From contig QPMI01000176.1 in assembly GCA_004431415.1 (NCBI GenBank), positions 114,910 through 178,909 on the forward strand: DNA of 64,000 nucleotides, in the 5' to 3' direction. The position numbers were made by a program, and so were the translations under genes. The notes beneath the pieces were generated by a model, which was not told the DNA's origin, made no database searches, and saw only the letters and a program-made list of their open reading frames with translations. This document shows positions 48,101 to 56,693 of the stretch, in pieces. The stretch comes from Cyanophora paradoxa CCMP329. Lineage: Eukaryota; Plantae; Glaucophyta. Numbering within the stretch: the first letter of the stretch is position 1; each line of letters starts with the position of its first letter.

Positions 48101-48800
48101 GAGCCTAGGGGGGACCCCGGCCGGGAGCGCCCAAGGGGGTACCTGGTTGCGGGGCGGCCGGGGGCAGGGGGCGGGCTCACTGCGGCCGAGAATTCGATGT
48201 CAGGATTAAAGCGACGGCGACGGCGCGCGGGGCCCGCCGCTAGCGCGCCCGAGGGCCGAGCCTAGGGGGGACCCCGGCCGGGAGCGCCCAAGGGGGTACC
48301 TGGTTGCGGGGCGGCCGGGGGGCAGGGGCGGGCTCACTGCGGCCGAGAATTCGATGTCAGGATTAAAGCGACGGCGACGGCGCGCGGGGCCCGCCGCTAG
48401 CGCGCCGAGGGGCCGAGCCTAGGCGGGGACCCGGCCGGGAGCGCCCAAGGGGGTACCTGGTTGCGGGGCGGCCGGGGGCAGGGGGCGGGCTCACTGCGGC
48501 CGAGAATTCGATGTCAGGATTAAAGCGACGGCGACGGCGCGCGGGGCCGCCGCTAGCGCGCCCGAGGGCCGAGCCTAGGGGGGACCCCGGCCGGCAGCGC
48601 CCAAGGGGGTACCTGGTTGCGGGGCGGCCGGGGGCAGGGGCGGGCTCACTGCGGCCGAGAATTCGATGTCAGGATTAAAGCGACGGCGACGGCGCGCGGG
48701 GCCCGCCGCTAGCGCGCCCGAGGGGCCGAGCCTAGGGGGGACCCCGGCCGGGAGCGCCCAAGGGGGTACCTGGTTGCGGGGCGGCCGGGGGGCAGGGAGA
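42146..48800 (-). repeat. Tandem satellite array B, ~157-162 bp unit, 42 copies; related to array A in reverse orientation
   Basis: 42 GAGAATTCGATGTCAGG sites hand-counted from ~42159 to ~48657. G-rich on + strand, with four G-runs per unit. The reverse complement shares a ~55-nt block with array A. Confidence 0.97.
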
Positions 48801-50535
48801 GGGGGGCGGGCCCGCTGCTGATGGGTTTTTAAGAGAAGGAAGCAAGGAAAGTATGCAATTAGTACCGGCATGCGCTTTCGTTCGCCGGTTGATCGCGTTG
48901 CGCCGTGAAAAGGCTCGCTTCTCTGTTCAGCTGCTGTGTGGCCAATTGGCCACACGCCACAGAGAGCGATTGGATTAGCGCTGCGAGCAAGTTAGGCAGT
49001 TTATGTAGCTTCAAAGTAAGGCGACTCACAGTGTTAGATGAGCTGCTAAGTGTCCGGCTCTCGGTTGCAAGTTGCAGCTGCAGCTGCGCGATATGCATAT
49101 GCTGCGCATGCTGTGTGGTCAAATGACCACGCGTACGTGCACACGCGAGCGAGAGGGCGGCAAATGCGCGCGTGTAGCTAATATAGATTCCTTATGCTGT
49201 ATACTTGTTCTAGCTCTATAGTGCGCTTGCCGCTCCGCGTCCTATAGCTGCTAATCATAACGAGCTCGCGATTTTCAAGCAGAGCTGCTCACGATCACAT
49301 GCGTGCGGCCGGCCGCACAGCTGCTCACGTGCGGTGCTAGCGCTGCGCCTGCAGAGTCCGACGGTCTGCGGGCGCAGAGTGACGTCGTGCTTGCTGACTG
49401 CAATGCGTACCCCCCTTGCGGCCGCCTGTCGACGTCGTCACTCTAAGCGGCGGGCTAACTAGCTGAAACGTTGCGTTTTGGCCTGCGCCTCATGTCGCAG
49501 CTGCTTGCGGCGCCCAGAACTGCGTGCTAGCGCTTGTGCGTGGTTGCAAGGTCGACCATACGGAGCCCAGTTCATAGACGCCGCCTGGCTGCAAAGATAT
49601 CGGGTCTAGTCGTATAATGCTCCATGCTTTTGCACAAACGAAGCCCCTCAGACACCGCGAACTCCTTTTTTAAAATCATACAGTTCTGGGACATCTGGAA
49701 AAGAGGGTTTCCGGCCTGTCATACCCCTGATACCGCGGCCGGCCGGCGGCCGGGGAATGCCGCAGTGCACGTGCGAGCGCCCGGCGGCGCCGGCCGAGCG
49801 CTGCATGATCATGAAACGCTAACGCTCAGTGTCGCTCAGGCACCGGTGTGTGACCGCTCCGGGCCTCCGCCGGCCGCAGCGATTGCGAACAAAACCCGCC
49901 AAAATCACTGTACGCCGGAGCCGGACTCCTCAGAGCCTCCTGAGTCAGGGGGGGGGGGGGGGGGGGGGGGTCAGTGCTGAGTTTTTTACGAATGCGAAAT
50001 CGAAGAGGATCGGATCATCGTCGATTCATCGATATATCGGCCGGGGGCTGCGGCTCTGCGGGCCTGCTGCAGGCTGCGCCGCTGCGGCCCGCGGGGCGGA
50101 GCCGGCGCCTCGGAGGGCGCCGCGCGGGCCGCGGCGCGGCGCGCGCTGAAGCCACTGAGCGGGCCGGGCCCCGGGGCTCGGAGCCTCGGACCCGGGCTCC
50201 GGCCCGGGGCCGGGGCCCTGGCGGGGACCCGCGGGGGGGGGGGGGGGGGGGGGGGGGCAGCTGCAGCCTGCAGGCTGCAGCCTGCACTGGCCCTAGGCCT
50301 GCAGGCCGGGCCAGGGCCCAGGCGGCGCGGGCCGCGCGGCCCGGCCCGCGGGCGGTGGCCGCCGATCGAGCCGCGCGCGGTCCGCGCGTGGTCCCGCGCG
50401 GCGCTACGCGCGCCCACGTACGTATACGGGCCACCGTGGCACGGCCCACGGCCCACGGCCCATGGCCACGTGCACGGGACGCGCCGTCGGGACTCGGGAG
50501 TCCCGCCCTGTTCAGAGGCTGTTCTCCGCGGCCGG

Positions 50536-50816
50536 TGTCGCATCCGACATTATCGGATGCTCATTTATATTTGTGAGCCGCTAGGGCTCTAGATTATGTC
50601 AGCCTTCGAGCTGCTGGACCGACGGCGCCTAGGCTAGTTAGAGCGCCGCGGTCACTTGTATTCGTGTCGGGGTACGCCGTATCTGGACGGGTACACCCAG
50701 AGTCTGGATCTTGGTGACTAACTACAGCGACACTCGCCATTCCCTGCCCTGCCGAGCTTGCACTCCGCACGGGCATCCCGCGCGCACGATTAGACACACT
50801 AATCTCGCACGCGACA
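50536..50816 (+). repeat. 5' LTR (281 bp)
   Basis: TG…CA ends with 6-bp terminal inverted repeat; matches 55610-55890. Confidence 0.97.
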
Positions 50817-50841
50817 GGCGCCATTCTGCCGGAATCGAACC
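50817..50841 (+). promoter_or_regulatory. Primer-binding site complementary to a tRNA 3' end including the T-loop
   Basis: Reverse complement reads GG-TTCGATT-CCGG-CAGAATGGC-G-CC; lies immediately after the 5' LTR. Confidence 0.85.
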
Positions 50842-51314
50842 TTCAAGGGTCTGAGTCCGTATCGCTCTCCCCAGCCCCGCCGCGCAGCGCGCATCGCTGC
50901 GCCGCCTTGCCCAGTGTCTATTGGAGCCAGAGCCTCGGAGACCTGCTTTCCGCGCGAGCGCCGTCCCCACGGTTGCTTTGCGTTTGAGTGCGCCGCCCTG
51001 TACCGCTTGCGGTTGGACGGTAGTGCACCGGAAACGTCTCTAGTGCCTATCGCGGGCTTCGGGTCATCCCCAGACCGAAGCGCACGCGCCGAGCTCTCTC
51101 TCGAGAGTCTCATCATTGCCTGTCCCATCGCCGGTTGCGAGCAACCGTGCCACGGAGACTGCTGCGAGCAGCTCTCTAAGTGTCCCTGAGTCGCGCTCTT
51201 GCGTGACCGCGAGATCCCCGCGCCGGATTCTGCAGCGAGCTGCAGATCAAATCCCGCGCCTAGTGCTCTCCCCGGCATCTTGTTCTTGCGGCTTTACGTT
51301 GCAAAGAGAACAAC

Positions 51315-52844
51315 ATGTCAAACTCCTCGGAACTTCTTAGTTCTGAAGTCCGGAGCCAGCTGTCTGCGCTCGCGCATGTTGAGCCTGCGAAGGCCGAACT
51401 TGCTGTGCAGTACGCCGCCTCCGGCGCCTCGGCTGTGGCTGATGATGATCCCGCGCGGATCGGATTCTTGCCCGCCCAGCCCCGCCTCGCCGATGGTGAC
51501 CGGTTCCGCAAGGATGTCCGGAACTATCAGTCGGCGCAGCCGACGAAGTATCTCTTTGGCCCCGACGCTGCCGGCGGCCAGGAGTATACTAAGTCCGAGG
51601 CTCTTGCCGGAGTGATCGTCGGGCGCATCCGCCCCGGCGCCCTCCGCGCCGTAATCGAGCGTAAGCGCGACCTCTATGAGGCCTCTATTGCTGGCCTGGA
51701 GCGTGACCGCGCTACGCTGCGGCGCCTTGAGCTCGTCCCGGCGAACTTGCGTTCTGCCGATGATGACGCCACGATCCTCGCGCTGCAGCAGAGCTGCGCG
51801 CGTGATGAGGCCTCAATCGTGGCCACGCGTGATGCGTACTTGCGTGCCCCCGGGCTGCTCGACACGATCACGGCGTGGATCCACAAGGCGCGCCCGCACG
51901 CGGCCCGCCGGGCCCTCACTGAGCCCTACACGGGCGAGGATCCGCGCTCGTGGCACGACTGGTTCTTGCCTCTCGTCCGGCACACGCTGCCGACGGGCCA
52001 GCGCCTCGCCGTGTACTACGCCGAGTGCCTGCGCACTGCGCTTGAGGCCCGCGCGACGAGCGAGGACCCGGAATATCAGAACCTTGAGGTTCGGATGGCC
52101 GGCTTCGCCAAAGAGAACGAGCGCACCATGCATATGCGCGAGTTCCTCGCTGCGCTGCAGCAGCGCCTCCTTGCCCGTGACGGCGCTGTCTCGCCGCTCG
52201 AGCTTGATGATATTTTCATCGAGCAGTGCACACGCCACGGCTGCCGCGCCGTGTTCCCGCCTGCACCGGCAGCTGCTGAGCCGCCAGAGGCAAAACGGAC
52301 CCGTATCCTGCAGGCAAAGTTTGCCGAGGATGAGTCCTCGAGCTCCCCTGGCCCTGCCGCGCCTCGGGACGCCGACCCCAGGGCCCAGCCCTCGATCTCT
52401 GCACGTGGGTCCTCTTGGGCCGTGCAGTCCCGCTCGCCTGCCGCCGTCGCGGAAGTGCTGCGGCGCATGTCTGAGCTCGGGTACCCCGCGTACCCCCCCT
52501 CAGACTGCTATGGGTGCTCAGATGACCCTAGCGTCCCCGCTGAGGCGCGGCGTCATTGGGCAAATGTGTGCCCCAAGCGCACCCCGTTCGCCCCAGTTCG
52601 CCCCTGGGTCCGCCGCGGCCAGTACTATCGGCAAAAGCGATCCCAAGAGGACGCCGCTGATGAGCAAGAGTACTGGTCTGACGAAGTCAAGCAGGACCCA
52701 GATGAAGTCTGCGGTCGCTGCGGCGAGGCAGGGCACCACCACAGTGCCTGCGCCGACCCCCCCACGCGGGCTGGTCGCCCTGCGCTTCCTGTGCCCTCAA
52801 GCTCAGCGGCTCCGACCGCACGCCCTGCAGTGGAGCGTGAGTGA
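51315..52844 (+). CDS. gag: Gag-like protein (509 aa) with CCHC zinc knuckle
   Basis: Single intronless ORF inside the LTR element. C-terminal CGRCGEAGHHHSAC (CX2CX4HX4C) plus an atypical CYGC-X12-H-X4-C. Confidence 0.8.
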   Translation: MSNSSELLSSEVRSQLSALAHVEPAKAELAVQYAASGASAVADDDPARIGFLPAQPRLADGDRFRKDVRNYQSAQPTKYLFGPDAAGGQEYTKSEALAGVIVGRIRPGALRAVIERKRDLYEASIAGLERDRATLRRLELVPANLRSADDDATILALQQSCARDEASIVATRDAYLRAPGLLDTITAWIHKARPHAARRALTEPYTGEDPRSWHDWFLPLVRHTLPTGQRLAVYYAECLRTALEARATSEDPEYQNLEVRMAGFAKENERTMHMREFLAALQQRLLARDGAVSPLELDDIFIEQCTRHGCRAVFPPAPAAAEPPEAKRTRILQAKFAEDESSSSPGPAAPRDADPRAQPSISARGSSWAVQSRSPAAVAEVLRRMSELGYPAYPPSDCYGCSDDPSVPAEARRHWANVCPKRTPFAPVRPWVRRGQYYRQKRSQEDAADEQEYWSDEVKQDPDEVCGRCGEAGHHHSACADPPTRAGRPALPVPSSSAAPTARPAVERE

Positions 52845-55594
52845 GCACGTGCACCAGCTGCACTAGGGTCTGGCTGGCTTGGGCAGCCGCCAGAACAGCC
52901 CTGCTCGTAACCGCGATTCAATTTTTCGCGGAGCCTGGGCCTCCCCTGCGAGAGCCCCATGTGTCGCTGTAATAAGCGGCCAATATACCTGCCTCTGAGC
53001 AGGCTGTATATTTGTACACTTGTACATAATTTCAGACGTCGGGGACGACGTCTTCCGAGAGGAGGAGTGAGCATGGGCATGCTGCACGAGCAGTGCAAGC
53101 GCTGCCGCTCGCCCTCCTGCCCCAAGGCTTGCTTGGATCTGTGGCCGCTGGCCGAGATCAAATAGCACTTGCGGAAGAGAGCCCCAATCGAGTGCTGTCG
53201 AGCACCCAGAGCGGCCACGGGTGCCCCTCTTTCCGAGAGGAGGAGTACCTCTTTCGCTGAAGCCTGCAAAGAGGCCCGCGGCCGGTGCCGCAATTGCGAG
53301 CCCTCCTGCTTGCCTCAATCTAGATCTGTGGCCAGTGGCCGAGATCAGATCGCAAACCCCAAGCGGGTACCAGTCTTTCCGAGAGGAGGAGTCCCTCCAA
53401 GACTCTCTCGTCGAAAGCCTGCGATTTCGCGCGGCGCACTGCAGTCGCTGAGTGCGTCCACGGGCCTTGCGAAGTCCAGGAAAGTGGCCTCAGGCCTTGC
53501 GGCCAGAGCTGGCCCTTGCTGTAGCTGGCCCTCGCGGCAGCTAATGCTCTGATCGTGAGCTCCTCGGCCTGAGAGCGGCCTAGCTGCCGTTGCAAAATGA
53601 GATGTAATCCGCGGAGCCTTGAGCTCGGGATGCACTCTCAAGAGAAGCTCGATGCCTGAGGCAAGACGCCCGGCCGGCAAGCGCCTGACGGCGTGCCGTG
53701 AGCTTGACAGGCGGCCCGTGAGCCCGGCCCCTGCAAAAACTGTGAGCCTCCGAGCTCCAGATCCAATGAAGGGCGAGCTTGAGCACACAGTGCCCTCGGG
53801 AGCTCAAGCCCTGAAATAAAGCCCTGGCTCGCCCCTTGGCGTTCAGGCACCAGCAGCTCCATCGAGAGCTTTGCATTATCTTGAACTTGAAGTCCTGGTG
53901 ACGCCCGCCAAGTTGGCGCCCAGGCCGCACGTGTCGGTTCCGGGGCCCGGACCGAACGTTAGCGGGGCAAGGGCCTGGTGCCCAGCCCAAACTTGAAAGA
54001 CCTGGTGAACTGCCCGACAAGTTGGCATCCAGGCGGCACGCTGCGGCTGCAGGCCGAGCGGTGCGGCGGGCCGCGAGCCCTGCTCACAAGCTAGGAGCTT
54101 GGAGACCCGGTGGCCGGCCTGTTGAGGCGGCGCCAGAAGGACACCCATGAGTTCCGTCTCGCATGTGGCCGGCCTGGCCCCAAGGCGGTTAAGGCGGCGG
54201 GTGGTCCGGGCCGGAAGCCACGGCCACGGTGCCAACGGCTCCGGCGGGAGCGGCTTGATCATGAGATCTAGGAAGCCGGCTCTGAGCTGCGTCCCGACCC
54301 CGCGAGAGGGCGAGGACAGGAGAGCGGCTGCGCTAGCCCTTGAGCAGCGCTTTGTGAAGAGCCGCCCGTGAAGGGTTGGGCTGAGACGGGCCTCCGAGCC
54401 CCGCGAAACATCGCGAAAGTCCCGGGCGGAAAGGGTGAGCCACGGGCGGCCGAAAGCCTTGAGCACAGCTCGGCATGGCAACAGGGCGAGCGTCCCTCAG
54501 TAAGTCCCGGGCGGAAGGATGGGCCGCGGGCGGCCGTTAGCCTTGAGCACAGCTCGGCGCGGTGACAGGGCGGGAGACCCTTGCAAGACCTAGCCGAGCC
54601 CTAGGACGCGCCCTGCGTCTGCAGAAGGGTCGGTAGGCGGCTGTGACACCGGGTCCTGCCCCGGGTACAGCGACAGGAGAGGAAAATGCCTCCTTATGGA
54701 AGTCCTGGCGTGGTACCAGGGCGCACCTTGCGCCGGCGGAGGTACACGCAGGCGGTCGTGACGCCGGATTCCGCTCCGGGTACGACGACAGGGGATGACC
54801 AATTCCCCCTCCGAGTAAGACCTGGCGGTGTACCAGGGCGCGCCTTGCGCCGGTGGGGGTACACGCAGGCGGTCGTTACGCCGGATCCCACTCCGGGTAC
54901 GACGACTGGGGACGCAAAATTCCCCCAATCAGGGCTCTGCACCGGGGACGCTCGGTGGCAGTTCGCCTGGGAGGGTCACGTCCCCCTCGCAATGGACGTG
55001 CATGCACGGGTCGGGCAGGGCACCTGCCGTCATACATGACGGTGGTTTGAGCCTTGTGGGCGGCGCCTAGCCTCGCCCTGGAGATTCCTAGCTCCACCGC
55101 CGTCGGGGGAACCCGATCCGACGCCGTGATAAATGCAGTGAAGGCGCGGCGTGTGCCTGAGCAGCGGCGCTAGACGTGCTGCTTAGCCCTAAACATTGGG
55201 ACGGGCATTTCGCTGTGGGCTATCGAGCGCTGTCGCGACGCTATGCCCCGCGTTGCTGCTGCAGCGTGCGCCTTTGCGGCTAACATGCTGCGCGATGAGG
55301 GCAGGGCCCCCTCGGCTTCTGTCCCCTTCCACTCGCCTCGTGCGGGTTGCCTGGGCCACCGGCCCGAAGTTGGACCTCGCCCCCTGGGCACTACACGCTG
55401 GAGTCGCGCCGGCGCTTGCCGGGCGGCAGTCTTTTCGATTCCCGGCAGTCGCCGGACACGTACATAGCCGGGCTCGGCGTCTTTTCTATTCCCGGCAGTT
55501 GCCGGGCACGGACAGACTCTGAGTCTTTTTTCGATTCCCGGCAGTAGCTATGGCCGGTCGATTTGTATTTATTTAGACCCGCGCGGACGCGGGA

Positions 55595-55609
55595 TCCGAG
55601 AGGAGGAGT
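55595..55609 (+). promoter_or_regulatory. Polypurine tract
   Basis: TCCGAGAGGAGGAGT directly abuts the 3' LTR. Confidence 0.9.
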
Positions 55610-55890
55610 TGTCGCATCCGACATTATCGGATGCTCATTTATATTTGTGAGCCGCTAGGGCTCTAGATTATGTCAGCCTTCGAGCTGCTGGACCGACGGC
55701 GCCTAGGCTAGTTAGAGCGCCGCGGTCACTTGTATTCGTGTCGGGGTACGCCGTATCTGGACGGGTACACCCAGAGTCTGGATCTTGGTGACTAACTACA
55801 GCGACACTCGCCATTCCCTGCCCTGCCGAGCTTGCACTCCGCACGGGCATCCCGCGCGCACGATTAGACACACTAATCTCGCACGCGACA
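55610..55890 (+). repeat. 3' LTR (281 bp)
   Basis: Same sequence as the 5' LTR, followed by TSD GCCGG. Confidence 0.97.
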
Positions 55891-56693
55891 GCCGGAAACT
55901 TTTCCCATCGGGCGCCGATCATGATCAGAGACCGATGCTGACTCAGTGAGCTCGAGTTGCAAATGTCAATGAGCCGACGAATTCGAATTCGTAGCTGCCC
56001 CGCGGAAGGAAGTGGTCGAGAAAGCGAAGTCTTAATCACACGATCTGAGCCTCGGAGCTCGCGATCGACGATCGCTGATCATGAAGCTTAAGGTAATTGA
56101 TTATCGTTGTAAAAGAGACGGGGCGCGCCGACCGTCGGCCTGCCTGGAGACTAATTATAACGGTAAGATTTCGAATTCGATGGCCATATGCACATCGGAA
56201 GGATGCTCCGCATGAAGGACGTCAGTTCGAATATTAATGCGGAGCATCGGAGTGTCTCGCCGATAGCAGCGAGCGCCCGTCACGGCGGGCGCCGGCTATT
56301 GTTCCAAATGCTTCGAATTCCAAATGCGCATGCTACGTATACTGGAGGCCCTGGCCGCATGGCGCCGGCGTTGACGTTACTCAAGCTTCAGAATCGAGAT
56401 TACTGTGGCATGTGACGATGCAAGATCATGATCGATTATGATTGCCAATGTTAACGATTGAATGCCAGCTAGCGCTGGCGACTATAGGGTGAATCACTAA
56501 GAAGGCGCAACATATACGTATACGCGAGTAATAGAAGACTAGTTCGCAAATTAAACTAGAATGCAGGTAGTTGTGAACGCGGAATATGATTTGTTGTAAT
56601 AATGAACTCACTGGGACTGGAACTACCTGCAACCATAAATAATGAAATAAAAGCGACCGTAGATGTCACGGCTGCGCGGGCCGGCCGCGGGCC

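Larger units (their letters stand above)
50536..55890 (+). mobile_element. Intact, very recent non-autonomous LTR retrotransposon (gag only, no pol)
   Basis: Two 281-bp LTRs that appear identical, bounded by TGTCGC…GCGACA. 5-bp TSD GCCGG at 50531-50535 and 55891-55895. PBS follows the 5' LTR and a PPT precedes the 3' LTR. No protease/RT/RNase H/integrase motifs in any listed frame. Confidence 0.95.

Noticed and set aside
37281-48800. CRISPR-like array or tandem RNA genes (5S, SL, snRNA)
   Set aside because: Units are near-identical along their whole length with no unique spacers; no cas genes; no 5S, tRNA or Sm-site hallmarks recognised.
37407-48955. Repeat-peptide ORFs in the satellites (e.g. 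MARRGPYKRAST…, MSGLKRRRRRAGP…)
   Set aside because: Frames break wherever homopolymer length changes and exist on both strands; by-products of GC-rich repeats, although homopolymer sequencing error cannot be excluded.
50914-51189. Small Cys-rich ORF upstream of gag
   Set aside because: No ATG start and no recognisable motif; probably leader sequence.
52842-52910. Selenocysteine or readthrough extension of gag at its TGA into a pol gene
   Set aside because: The frame closes at TAA about 22 codons later with no protease motif; no SECIS identified.
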